Below, piece by piece: positions 48,001 to 63,000 of a stretch of 64,000 nucleotides of DNA. Every line of letters starts with the position of its first letter. Positions within the stretch are counted from its first letter, which is position 1. The DNA is from Phoronis australis (Eukaryota; Animalia; Phoronida). Under the pieces are notes generated by a model, which was not told where the DNA came from, ran no database searches, and saw only the letters and a list, made by a program, of their open reading frames with translations. The position numbers and the translations under genes are program-made. The stretch covers positions 432,838-496,837 of the forward strand of contig NMRA01000042.1 of NCBI GenBank assembly GCA_002633005.1, given 5' to 3'.

Positions 48001-51000
48001 ACAAACATTTGCGGATTTTCAGCAGTTCTTCAATTCCGATATTTCCTTCATATTTTCGTAGACAGTTATGTGTCGTTTGTAAGGTATAGGAGTTAAGCAA
48101 GCCCCCACACGTGGTTTCCGTGTTTTAGCGGCCAATTGGAGGGCATAAATGTTGACATTGTCTTTGAATCGCAACAAAAACATGGAAATAATCAGAAGTC
48201 AGAATGACAACCCAAGTAATTCTTTCAGTGAAATGCATGTCAATCATACACTACTGAAATTTATTCAGTTTTTGAGAGACCCACCTACGACATTATTTGT
48301 GGTTACTGGAAATGGATAAACTGTGCACACAAGTTTCGAGAGATTTGGGATTCGCTCAATACAATATCACATACCAAATGAATAAATAGGACTCAATTAA
48401 TTCTACAAATGTACGAACAACCATCTGTAAACAACTTCTTCATTTTGATGGAAAATGTATCAGAAATGACAACTAACGTGTAAAGCACTATCACTAATGT
48501 CACAAACAGAAGCATATTTACACTATACTGTAATGTCACTGTACTGTAATGTCACTGTACTGTAATGTCATAAACAGAAGCATATTTACACTATACTGTA
48601 ATGTCACTGTACTGTAATGTCACAAACAGAAGCATATTTACACTGTACTGTAATGTCACAAACAGAAGCATATTTACACTATACTGTAATGTCACTGTAC
48701 TGTAATGTCACAAACAGAAGCATATTTACACTATACTGTAATGTCACTGTACTGTAATGTCATAAACAGAAGCATATTTACACTGTACAATTAAGTGCAA
48801 AAGAGACATCTTGAAACCAATGATATGACCCTTGCTGAATACTAAAACATTTATGCGAGAGTGCGAGACCACTGAAAAATTTGTCTTGCTAAATAGCGCG
48901 TCTGATTTTTTAACTCCAGGCAATGTATCAGGCTTTTAGGTGCCTGTAATCAACATCCTTTCAAACTCAAAGGACAATTTTCGATGTAATTGGGATACCC
49001 CTTCAATTCTTGAAACTGTAAACAACTTGCAGAAACTGAGGCCAAGCTAAGCTGGGCTGTGCAACATGTGCAACATGTGCAACATGGAGCAGATTGAAAA
49101 TTGTGATGAGATGCGGTAATAGTAATTATTAGAGACCAAATGTTTTATAGCTTCGAGAAACTTTGTTGCAACTGTGCAACACCAGAACGTGAACTGCAAG
49201 CAGCACACGAGCTTTGCATGGAATATAACATGGTAATACTCAATGGACATCAAATACCAGCCGACTCTACTAGTTCACAGTACATGTAAACAAACATACA
49301 AATATGTTGGTCAACAAGGCAGAAGACATTTTCTTTCTCCATTTTTGTAAAGGTTACTAGACTATTGCACAGGATGAAGGTGCTGAAAATGTCAAAGACT
49401 GGCTATGAGATGCATGGCTAACACTTAATGAATATTTGAGATAAACGTATTAACTTTTTGCAAAGTAAGTGTGTCAGAATATAGTCTGACAGTATTTTTA
49501 GTTGTATTGTTTTGTTTTGTTATTCTGTTTGATTGGCATGACCCCTGAGTTAAGTACAGTGATGATGTAATTTGTTTACTACAAAATAGTGTGGAACTTT
49601 CTAGAAGACTGAGGTCAGAACAGTGATGATGTAATTTGTTTACTACAGTATAGTGTGGAACTTTCTAGAAGACTCTAGCATGACAGTGATTAATGCAGTC
49701 CGGAATATTCTAGAGAGTAGTACATGTTTGTAGAATGGTTGGGTAGATTCTGGAAAGTTCTAGAATGTGCTTGAATTAATGAAAAGTTCCAGAACAATGC
49801 ATTAGACTATAAATAATTACACAAGCACGGGTTTTTGTAAGTCGGGAGATCAAGTCAGTTCAAGAGAAGATCAAGTCAGTTAATCGGTGAGTTCAAGTAA
49901 GGTAATCAGGAGAACTACAGTTGAGTTGCAGTGAAGAGAATCAGCAGTTACAGCGATAGTCAATAGAGAGCCAGCTATAAAGACAGCAGGTTATTGAATC
50001 GAGTGTAACAGTTGCTGGAAGTATCTCAGAAGTTCAATACAAGTCAAGGCTTCGCAGCACTGACTGGAGCATAAACAGACATTACGTCGGACGTTTTGTT
50101 TGAATAGGCTTGTGAACGTACGGTCGGGATCAATAAAGGATTAACTCGAACCAGTCTTCAGTCAATCTTCGCACCGAAAGCTATTAGTACCGGTCTGTAA
50201 CAACCTGCGCCCACCCACACACGGGGAAAAACGTGACAAAGTGCAATCACTACTGACTGCAGACACAAGTATCTCATGGAAACGCAATATCAAGCAAGAC
50301 TTGGTGAGATATCACCAGCATGGCCAACTTTAGTTTCTTTTATTTAACTCATACATCACTAGTAAATACAACTACTGATAGAAAAAGACTACCTTGTTGT
50401 AGGCAAACATGCAAGATTTTAAAAATATTCCACTGCAGACACGACATCAATCAATAATACAAGATCATCAGCCTAACGAGCAACTGTGATGTAATCCTTT
50501 TTTATAAACACTATTGTAATACAATAAATGAGCTGTCCACAGAAATAAAACATGAGACTGTTGGCAGAGACTTCGGGTATTAAAGATGAACAGCCCAACT
50601 CCATTTAATCAAGCATTTGAAAAGTGTTGAAGCGTACAAATATTTGCAATCTCATCTCGATTGTTAGAATAATAAACAAAACAAAAAAATGAGAAAAATA
50701 CTTTGATCATCATATTATCTGAAAGAGAAATATAATTTTCTACACTACATCAATATTGCCGTTATGTTCACCACAAAAATGAGCGGGGAAATTTTGACTC
50801 TGTACAGCATCAACGGTCCAATGGAATAAATACAAAATTTTAATTTTTTAAAACTTGGAGCAAATAATGTCAATTTTGAAACTTTTTCAACACATGATGA
50901 AATTGCATTGTGGAAAAAATTAATTTTCACGACACATCATGTTACTATAAAATCCCATTTTGCCTGATATTGTCAGACAATGAATCTTAAAATCACATCA

Positions 51001-54000
51001 AAATTGTCAATATCACTCGTGATGATACTGATATTATCAGGTATGGGGATTAGTCAGTATCCAGTAATATCACAAGTGTCAATATCACTCGTGATGATAC
51101 TGATATTATCAGGTATGGGGATTAGTCAGTATCCAGTAATATCAAAATTGTCAATATCACTCGTGATGATACTGATATTATCAGGTATGGGGATTAGTCA
51201 GTATCCAGTAATATCAAAATTGTCAATATCACTCGTGATGATACTGATATTATCAGATATGGGGATTAGTCAGTATCCAGTAATATCACAAGTGTCAATA
51301 TCACGTGATGGTACTTACTGTTCTCATCAGCCGTTGGGTGGTCACTATCATTTTGTTGTCCTTCCACAGCACCATTCTCTGTTGGGCCCTAAATGATAAC
51401 CAGTACAACAGTTAAGATAGTCTACAACACTGCTATGGCAGTAGTCTGGAAAATTAGCAAGTGATATATTTATATTAACTGAAACACAGCCACTGAATTT
51501 CCTGAACACCAGTCAGCAGTTTGACAAAAACAATGAGGACACAAAAAGTAGTCACACGTGTTGAAGCGCCAGTGAGATTTTGACTTTTACCATCTATTTG
51601 ATTGTAACCCTGGAACCACTGTGACAACAAACCACTCAGTACATAAAATCAGGATTGCAGTTGAGTTCAACAAGATCAAGCAACTCTTTACCAAATAAAG
51701 ACAATCAGAGCACCAGAATTCACTCATGCATGACTATGGTAAATCTAACCAATTTCAGACAAAAATAATTCAAGGGCTTCTAGCAATGTTGTGAATTGTC
51801 ACAATTTTTCAAAATATTTGCTATTGGTAGTTATGATACAAAACCTTTTAGACATGGAAAAACATCATTCTAGTAATGTATAATATTTATGAAACAAAAG
51901 CAATGCGGAGCGTTGAAATACACCCACAACAGCACCGCAAACGTTCAATGGGTGCTTTTAGTATAACAATGGCCATCAGATGGAGCAGACTGCGCAAAAC
52001 ACATCTGACCTGAGAAGGTGGCGCTGTCCCTGTAATACACAACTATTTGCCAAATTTCATGAAAGAAAGCCAAGGAACTCCTAAGATATAGAGGCAAACG
52101 TAAACAACAACTGACACTACGGGGCACAGCTATAGTCTAATTGGTCTGAAACTCAATGTTTGTCGTCGGCTCCATAGGAATATATCTATCAAATTTCACA
52201 AAGCTCCTTCACAAAATTAAGGCGATTCGGCCACAGACACAAAAAACAAAATCGCCACTAGGGGGCGACACAGCAATCAGACCCGTCCGAAAGTCAATGC
52301 CAGTCATGGCCCATCTCATCAGGAACACATCTGTAAATTTTCATAACGATTATTTAAGTGGCAGACAGGGAGGCGGATGCCAGAAAACAGACGCAAAAAC
52401 GAGAGCGCTCGGAGGAGCGACACTTGGCGGAATTAATCGAAAAGACGACGAACACGGTATCATTCATGTGACTAGCGAAGAAAACAAATAGAGAGCATGC
52501 AATCAACTACAATAAAGAATGAAAGCCCGTTCAAAACTCTATCTAAAGTGGTAGTTTGGCAAACACAATAACATTCATGTGACTAGCGAAGAAATCAAAT
52601 AGAGAGCATACAATCAACTACAATAAAGAACAATAGATGGCGCAACATGACGGTCCAGTCTGCAGTAGGACAGTGCTGGCTGGGTCAGTCTGGGTCAACT
52701 AGGCATAACCAAACTAAAGTGAACTGAAAGCCAGCCAGCTGCGTCCTTTCATAGGTGACCGAAGGAACAACGGCATTCGAAAATCTCGAATAATTCAAAA
52801 GTAGACGTTGCAGCGCAAAATGGAAAATATCTTCTGAAAGCCCGTCCACAACTCTACGTACTTTGATAGAGCATACAATCAACTACAATAAAGAACAATA
52901 GATGGCGCAACATTACGGACGAGGCATGCTTTGCAGTAGGACAGTGCTGGCTGGGTCAGTCTGGGTCAACTAGGCATAACCAAAACAAAGTGAGCTGAAA
53001 GCCAGCCAGCTGCGTGTGACCGAAGAAACAATGGTATCCGAAAATCTCAAATAATTCAAAAAGTAGACGTCGTAGCGCAAAATGGAAAATATCTCCTGAA
53101 AGCCGTTCAAAACTCTATCTAAAGTGGTAGTTTGGCAAAAATCAAAAAAATTTTCGAGAAAATTGAAAATTTGCCGTTTTTTTTTTGAAATTCAAATTCA
53201 AATAACTCGAAAACGGTAAGTCTGAGAAATACGCTCTTGCAGACTTTTTGAAAGGCCATACTTCAAGGAATCCACATGCAAAAATTCACGTCATTTGCTC
53301 TTCCCATAAAAAATGCGACACCAGAGCGATTCAAACTGTGTGAACATGCCCCACAGCCGCCATCTTGAAAGTGATTTCCGGTTCAATAATTTTTTGTAAA
53401 AGCTTATTAAACTCAACAAACACGTGACTAGTTTGAAAGTAATTGGTTTGCAAATACAGGAGATAACGTTTTTGGCCATATTTCGGGGTGCGCATGCGCC
53501 ACGTCCAATATTTCCGCCATCTTTAACCGGAAGTCAACGATTTTCTGCACAATTGTAGCACATGCGTTCTAGTATATTCGTACTGATTTTCAGCCGTGTA
53601 GGTCGAAAAATGCGGCCTCTACGAGTATTTGACTGTGAAATCGGATACAAAATGGCCATCACGTCCGCCATTTTGTATCCGATCATGACCAAAAACAATA
53701 GCGTTCTAGCAGTTCCCGATCTACACGTTGTGTGCAAATTTCGTGAAAATCGGACAAAAATTGCGACCTGTAGAGAGCGAACAAACAAAAAAAAAAACTT
53801 GCTGTCAGACCAACATACTTGGCGGAATTCTTCAAAGGTGGTCACAAGGTGGTGTAAAATTCGTTGAATCAGTCTGAAAATGGAATGGCATCGTAAAAAA
53901 TTAAAGTGCCACTAGGGGGCACACGAATCATTGTACTGGTCTGAAACTCGTCATCATCTGTTGTCAGCAGCGTAGAAACACATTTGCCATATATCACAAC

Positions 54001-57000
54001 GTTCTTGCAAATGTTTCAGGAAATATAGCCACAGATCCAAAAAACAAAATCCCCACTAGGGGGCGAAAGGTTAGAGAAACCTGTCCAAAATCAACATCAG
54101 CTATGGTCTCCTAATTAAGAACACACCTGCCAATTTTCATGATTGTTTAAGCAGTTTGACAATTAGAAAGGCAGAATCGCCAAAGCCATCCGAAAATGGA
54201 AAGATGTTGCTTCCTTAACCCTTATCCTGCTGAGCCTCTATTCAGACTACTTTCCCTGTGTACTGAGCTAAGTAAGTCACCACTACTGTTGTACACTGGG
54301 CTGATATGAAGGTCACCCACAGTAACGACCTAACAATTTTAAATTGGAAATTTGAAGGGGAAATGTCAATTTAACAGAAAAGTGGTCAACATGAAAGTTG
54401 TTCAGAATTTAATAGATTTTCACCATATGTACGGTCTACATCATAGCCTTAGTGAAAATAAATTGACCCACAGTCATCCTCCCATGTCTATGCGTCTACA
54501 CTTACATAAACCTGCCAACATCTCCTAAACTAGTAATCGCAGGCCATATGGTTTAATTCAGAGAAATGTAGAGGAAACTGTGAGCTGTGAAATTTGCATG
54601 TTCACATAATTATCTAAACAACATAGGATGACTCTCATAATTTGTGAATGAAAACCACAAGCATCCTGGGGTGAGTGCACTCACCTACCTACAGCTCGCA
54701 GCTGCTGCTTATCATAGTCAATTGAATACACCCATCATGCTGTAAAGAATAACTGGATAGTCGGCTGACCTCGCCTAGCACAGGATAAGCTTTAATAGAA
54801 ACCTATTTGCCTAATTTCATGAAAAGCCATTCAAAAATTTCAAAGACACAGAGAGAACTGTAAAAAAAAAAAGTTGCCACTAAGGGGGCACAGCGGTAAT
54901 TGGATCAGTCCAAAAAGCGTCCCCATCCGTCATCAGCTTCAAAGGAACACATTTGCCAAAACTCATCAAGATCCCACGAGGGGTTTAGGAGATAAAGCTG
55001 CAGACACCCGACACCTAGACAGAGAGGATGGCAATATGCACCCACATAAATATGTGGGTGCACAAAAATGACAAAATAAAATTTCACCTGTCCGCCACAT
55101 TGTGTCCTAAATTGATGAGATTTTATCACAGCTTACCTCAGCGGTGTCCGTTTGTTGTTCGCCTGATGACTGTCCCTTCATAGCCTCCAGTTGTTGACGT
55201 TGTTGTTGTTGATGTAACAACTGTTGTTGATAGACCTGTTGCATGTACTGTTGGAAGTGCTGTTCCTGCAGCTGGTTGATTAACACCTCTTGCTGTGAAA
55301 GTAGAGAGAGAATGAGGGATTAAAAGAGACTGCTGTGGCTGTGTTTACATAGGCATCTAACCTTCAACCTCGTGACCGAAAGACCAGCATTAAAGGTCTC
55401 TATAAAATACATATAAAAGTTCAAAAGAAATTTAAAATGAACTCTAAGCACATGTCCACATCCTGCCCATAACAAATTGCCACTCTGATATCCACCTTGT
55501 AAACAGCATATGTCAAATGTCATCCCAGCCATACCTAATTACATACTATACCACATCAAACTTCCACTCACAAGCTTTGTACTGCCGTTACTATACGTCA
55601 CACCTCCACTCACCTGCTCTATACTGTCCTTACACACTACACCGTGTCACACCTCCACTCACCTGCTCTATACTGTCCTTACACACTACACCGTGTCACA
55701 CCTCCACTCACCTGCTCTACACTGTCCTTACTCACTACACCGTGTCACACCTCCACTCACCTGCTCTANNNNNNNNNNNNNNNNNNNNNNNNNNNNNNNN
55801 NNNNNNNNNNNNNNNNNNNNNNNNNNNNNNNNNNNNNNNNNNNNNNNNNNNNNNNNNNNNNNNNNNNNNNNNNNNNNNNNNNNNNNNNNNNNNNNNNNNN
55901 NNNNNNNNNNNNNNNNNNNNNNNNNNNNNNNNNNNNNNNNNNNNNNNNNNNNNNNNNNNNNNNNNNNNNNNNNNNNNNNNNNNNNNNNNNNNNNNNNNNN
56001 NNNNNNNNNNNNNNNNNNNNNNNNNNNNNNNNNNNNNNNNNNNNNNNNNNNNNNNNNNNNNNNNNNNNNNNNNNNNNNNNNNNNNNNNNNNNNNNNNNNN
56101 NNNNNNNNNNNNNNNNNNNNNNNNNNNNNNNNNNNNNNNNNNNNNNNNNNNNNNNNNNNTCATACAGTAAAATACACTTACAGACACTATATGCTGCTTA
56201 TCACCAAACGTGTCACACGAATATTGAAACTCATCATGACTACCCAGTCAAGCAACATCCAACAAATTAATACGATATCTGACTCTTGGCAGCTATGTGC
56301 TGCTGACAGACCAGTGATCAATAAGACTTCTTCACCAATCAACAATTAAAGCTTAACGATTGTAACCAAGACAACAGGAAGAGAAGCACTTGATGACTGC
56401 GTGGAAACTACTCTCCTGGAAATTTTAGGCACCGGCTTACCCGAGCTCAACTTGACATTTATAGAGAAGTTGGAGATCATAGTGCTTCAACTGTAGAGCA
56501 AAAAAATCAATATCACCTCATGAAGATTTTCACATTCAAAACATAATTATCCAGTATGAGGACTTAACATTTACAATTTCCCTAGACGGATACACATGGT
56601 TGTAATTGGTTCTTTCCATTAAGTGTATGATGCACAGATGCACGTGTGTAGCTTCCCCTCACAAGGTGTACATTTCTATTGACCTGAGTGTGTACATACA
56701 TAAAGCAAAAATGAGTTGAGCTATTTATGAAAACAAAATTCATACTATGTGAGTAGGATATGCAAGTTTTCTTCTTCAATTGCCAGAGAAAGTCATTATG
56801 ATGACCGTATCTAAAAGGCTGAAATCAAAATTTGAGAAATTTGTTAGCACCCATTGGTGTATTTCAGAAAATGCTCTTTAACTAATTTTGTTCAGTCCAC
56901 AAGTACCTTTATTTAGTGAAGGAGGTGCTCTTGTCCCACCATGATGGTCCGTTTTCTTTTTATTACCAGTATAACAACATTACGCTAAGTGGACATTTAA

Positions 57001-60000
57001 GGAACACCTGGACTATTAACACCAAATCCTGAGGTTCATTTTAAAGACAAAGTAGACACATAAAAAGACTAATGTTTTCTTCAGTATTTTTTCATTCAAT
57101 AATAGTTGTACATAAAGTTATCAGAATTCATAACTTGTAGCGCAGGTAACCAGGTCACATGACTGGTCACATGTCAGGCTGGGCTCCATACACTCCTCAG
57201 GTGCCAAGGGGTAACAAATTGAGTTTTACTTGGACATGGCAAAAAAAGGATTTTTCATGGCAATTTAAACAGGATATTGGCTGTTTAGATAGGCCTGCAC
57301 ACCCGTATTCAACTATCGCAACGATCTACTATCGGCACTTCATCACTGGTACGGAATTTTAACATTTTTATCGATATTTTCAAAAAAGTTGATGTTAAAA
57401 ATAACAAATACGAAAGTTAGAGAACTTTAACAATTACCCATTCTGACAAGTGTAGAAAACACATACCGTTATTTCTGACCTCCCCTTTCCTTCCAAAATA
57501 CAAAAGATATCGATATTTTCATACAACGAGACTTAGGCAAACTCTATGTATCGCCTCAGGAACTACTAACATGTAGTTTCAGACAAATGCAATTAGGCCA
57601 TGTTAATCCTAACAAATATTGTGAAGTCTCACATACACAAAATAAACATAGCAGAGGCCCCCCATAAGCACACAACAAAAACAAAAAAATCATGTCTTTT
57701 TTATGAAATTTCACAGAAACCGTTAGAGTGTGGAGCAACTCAGTCAACAGAAGCAATGTAGAACATTGAGACATGCCCACAGCTGCAGCTCAAGTGGTAT
57801 GCTGTTGGGGATACTTAGTAATGTCATAAAACGGATGACACAGAATACGTCTAATTTGTCCGAAAATGGTAACGCATGGTCTCCTACCTAATAGAAAACT
57901 ATTGTCCAAATTTGATGAAATCTGTTCAGTAACTCCAAGGACACAGAGACAAATGTAAAAAAATCAAATTGGAACTCGGAAGCGCACTTGATACTCTGAA
58001 ATAAGTCATCATCTGCTCTCAGATTCATAGGAATACACAGGTCAAATTGCACAAAAATCCAGCAAGAGGTTAAGAAGATACAGCCACAGATGTAAAGCAA
58101 TGCCAGTAGAAAGCACCACAGTAGTCAGACCCGCCTAAAAGTCATCATTAGCTGTGCTCTTGTCAGTAAGATCACGTCTGGCAATTTTCATAACGATCCT
58201 CTGAGCACTTTGACGGATACAGAAGCGGATGGCAAAAAACAGAATCAAGTATAAAAATGACCAATATGCGGTGCAGAATTGGTTGAATCCATCTGAAAAT
58301 TAAAAGGTCCAGTTGTCTTCAAAATACAAAGTTAACTTTTTTGCCCAACTTCATAAAAAAAAATTAAAAACAACAACAAAGACTGAAATTGCCATTAGGG
58401 AGCACCGCAATAGTCAGATCCATCCAACGGTTGTGGTCATCTGCTGCCACAAGGAAAACACTTGCCAAAATTCACACAAAGTTCCTGAAAGGAGTCAAGG
58501 TGATACAGCCACAAAAACAAAATTGCCACTAGGGAGGCTATGGTAGTTAGACCCATGAAAAAATCAATGTCAGCCGTGGTCTTCTCAGCAGGAACACAAC
58601 AACCAAATTGCATGATACTTGAACCCATTTGGTGGACAAAGTGGAGGTCAAAATATGGACTCAAAAATAATAGAAATGGCCACCCAGTGGCCCAGAATTT
58701 GTCCAATTTTGTCCCAACACGAAAAGTGCCTTGTCTCCTTAATAAAATCATATCTGCAGAATTTCATGAAAATCCAACAACCAACTCCAAAGATACAGAG
58801 GCAAACATTCCCAGCACAGTGGTAGTCGGATCATTCCAGAAGTCGTAGTCATCTGTTGTCACATTCACATGAAAAGACTTGTCAAATTTCACAAAGATGT
58901 TGCAAATATTAAGGAGATACAGCTGCAGGCACAAAATTATTGAAGCAAAACTGCCACCAGAGGGTGCCACAGTACCTAGACCTGTCCAAAAATAAATGTC
59001 AGACATGGTCTTCTTAGCAGCAACACGTATACTAATTTTCATTATGATCGTTTGAGTGGTTTGGTGGATAGAGAGACAGAAATCAGAGAACAGACTTGAA
59101 AATAATAAAAATCGCTAACTGGCTTAGAACAATCCATCGGTCCAAAAATTACAGGGCCTCGTCATCTCCTTAATGGAATCTTACGTGCCAAAATTCAAGA
59201 AAATACACCAAGAAACTCCAAAGATTTAGAGGCAAAGACAAAAATATTGAGTTATTGGCAAGGTCACATTTTAATATGACACGTGCTAAAACACTGACAT
59301 ATACTTCACTTATTTTCATGATCGACCAATTCACACCAGAAACAACTAATGAACAGAAAAGAAATTATTTGATAATGTTATGAAGGTTGCACAGTCTACT
59401 ACATCTAAGCATTTTCCCTTGTTTGCTCTCCTCCATAAGTCATTGCTTGACATTGTTCATTGCCCAATGCTCAATGAAAAACTATTATATTTCTGCTTTC
59501 GTTACCAACAAATATTTGTGAGACGATCGCAGAGTTTAAATTTTCTCGCACCTTGATTATCTGGAATTAATAGCTTGACTGACATGTCAGAAAAACTAAA
59601 CATCCCTTTGCACTTTCATTTAACTTGCAAGAGACAAGAATACAAGAATATCTTTCTTCTGTGTTCAGGGCTTGGAATGACCCATGACAAAAAAGAGGAA
59701 ATTTTTACGGCCCTAAATACACATTTCAATCTAAACCATACCTCAACAGATTGAAAGTTACTGTGTCGTGTTGGCAAAACGCACTCATCTTAAGCAGTGA
59801 TATTTATTTCAGCAACAACAATGAAGGCAATTAGATGCAACAAAAGTATTTTTTAAAATTAAAATAATAATGATAATGATGAAAAATTTGCAGTCTGAGT
59901 GGCAGGAGTTTATTCATGATTTGTTGCACTGAGGGAGACCTATAAAATTATTTTCATTTCTTATAACAGGGCTTGGAATGACCAATGACAAAAAACGCAG

Positions 60001-63000
60001 AAACTTTTATGGCCCAAATCATGCGCGCTACCCAGCCTTGAAATGGTCGATGTCAACCTTTCCCCCGACAAAAATCGGGAGGACTAAAAAAAAAAACGTT
60101 ACCACCATCAGTAGCATGCGTCTGCGCCCTTTTAGCTCATCCGTCCACTCCCAACCCACACATTTTTGGCTGCAGAGCCGCAGTATTTGTCATCGCGGTT
60201 TACAACAACACGAGACGCCATTGAAAATCCCACCACGTTATCCCAGAAACCCTGGCAATATTGACAATTTACGTTCCTCCGAAACATAAAGAGCAACTTC
60301 CGCTTTTCAAGGTGAACGTCGTCTGCAACGCCGCGGTAAGAAAGGAATTTGCCGCGGATATTTTATATCAAATCAGATTTTTTTTACGCGGAAATATAAT
60401 AAAATGCGCGGACAGAACATTTGAAAAAAGCGGAAATCCGCATTTCCGTGGAAAATTCCAAGCCCTGTTATAATTACGATACAAAATTACAAAAAATTGA
60501 AAATCGATCCATAGATTATCTAGAAAGCCTTAAATACATACACATTTAATTCCAAAAAAATTTTTAATTCCAACGCAAATGGAAAAAAGTCAAGACGAAA
60601 ACCTGTGGCTCATACCCCAACTGTTAGCATGGAAAAATGAAAGTCAAAAACAACATACTTTATAGAATGCATCAATCACAATCCGAAGTTGGCCAAACTT
60701 TTCAGTTTCAAACAGTTATTACAGGAGTTAATTGTTCATAAGCCATGCTGGTGTAGAAGAAACTATGTGACATAAGAAATAAAGTTCTATCAGGACACTG
60801 AAAATAGTCTGGCAGAATTTGTAAACAATGGCTTAAACCAATCAGATCATTCAGAATCTGTCACGTGATCACTTCTCTAAAACTGCAAAACTGAGTTACA
60901 AAACAGAACACGAAAAATGTCAAAATAAATTGAAATACATAAAAGGCAATTTAAACCGCATTTGCAGTAACGAAAATAGCACTTTGTATCCCATTTCGGC
61001 AGCATGTAGAAAATCGCACTCAAGCGGGCTTAGCATTGAGCCAACGGCAACAGGCATGCATGTGGGATCAAACAAAAGAATTTCATACATCACTCACATC
61101 CCACGATTCCAATCCAACGAATAACCGGTTACGGTTGAATTTCCTTTCAGAAAGCGTTGTTATTTCTAGTGTTTCATCTTTTTCAGTCGGTCCTCCGACT
61201 CCAACTTAGTCCGAGGTGACTCGCCCACGCACTCCGTAATTGTTCCTCTCTCAAAGTTTACAGAGCACAAACCTTGACTTATGTTGTTTGTGAAGACATT
61301 GACCGTTTCTTTTAGCCACTTTTCCAACAAATATTCTGTCTACTCCACGCTCCACGCATTTTTGACAGCAGAATCACACTATTTATTGCCGCCATTTTAT
61401 ACCAAATGCAGACGCCATTGATGAACCACGCAGGCACAGGCACTTGAATTAAAGCATGTTTCTTGTATAATGGTTACGAGTCATCGGGAAATTCGAGCGC
61501 CTGTGATCCGCAATTACAATTTTCATTCCTCCGAAACATGAACAGCAGTTTCCGCTTTTCGAGCCGTTGGCAACGCTGCGGTTAGAAACCAATTTGCCGC
61601 GATAATTTTATGGCAAATCCGATTTTTTTCCGAAGAAGTATAACGAAAATACGCGGAGGGACTAAAAGAAAAAAGCGGAAATCCGCGTTTCCGCGCAAAA
61701 TTCCAAGGCTTGTGTGTTCTAAAAATAGATTGAATCTAGGTTACGAAGTCAAGATAAAGTGCTGAACATGCAAGTTTTTAACTTCACATGGCCAGAGGCA
61801 GTTTGCGTGTCCTGATAAGGTTGTAAGCTACCGTTATACAGATCACAATAGCACCATCTTGTGTCATCTCGTCAAACTACAATGCCCTAGCCCTGCTGCA
61901 CCCATCCCCACTCACTCATGCTGATATTGTCTTTGTTTCATCTCCTCTTGGGCCTCCTGAGCTAGCCGGTCTGCCCTCGCCCTCTCTGCATCTTCCTGCT
62001 CTTGACGTAATCTCTCTTGTTCAGCCTCACGCCTACCAAAACAAGCAAACTGCAGATCAGCTAATGTGACCAAGACAATATGACTACTTACTGCATGTGA
62101 CATCTTCATCTTGACTATTTGTGAATGAATTGTGTGCACTTTGGTAGCTAAAATGCACATTAATGAATTGCAAAATACAATAGTTTGCAAACTAAACAAT
62201 TTGGACGTCAAAACTTCAGTTTCAAAACACAAAACTAGACACCATTTCAATTCTGGCTAAATCAAAGCGATGGTGCTTCATGAACTTTGTCTAAGTCTCA
62301 ACGTCTAACAAATAAACAATTAGTGACCCACGCCCAACAAAGCCATATTAAACTATGGCTACATTTCCACAGCAACACTAATTTATTGCAAAAAAAGTTT
62401 GAATAAACTGCCAAATAATTCTGGCAAGCAGTTCATTATAAATGAGCAGAGTCAAACAGAGTTCTGTTGAAGACAGTCCAGTTCAGTTTAAACACTACTA
62501 TATGTACTTTATTGCCAGTAATGCCACATTTCAATCAAACTTTCACATATCTGTCAGTGCAACTTGTCCTACTATCATGTGAAACTTGGTTTATGTGTTA
62601 CAATGAATTTTTTTCTGGATTGCAAAGTGTGATATTGATCACCAGGTAATTAACAAGTAGCGTGTACCTCTTTTTCACTAAAGCAAATGTGACATACTTA
62701 GGTCATTTTATGCTCTCAACCGGAAAATCCGACCTAAAACTCTTGAGCACATGAAACTTACTTTCACTGGATCCAATTTCAAATTCTTCTAGTAAGCATG
62801 ACGGGCCAAGATGCAATATCTTTCATTTATGTCAACGTCTTCTCACATCATATGAACATCCCACATCACAGCAGTGACAATTGTAAAGAATTAACGAAAA
62901 AACTACGAAATCCCACAACAAATTCCCACCAAGACACATGTGATGTGTAGCTGGCACAGAGCTCCAACTAAATATCCAAGTAACACGATGCCTTCTACCT

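Noticed and set aside
50980-51396. 138-aa repeat membrane-protein-like ORF
   Set aside because: It is the translation of a 72-bp intronic tandem repeat, antisense to ACBD3.
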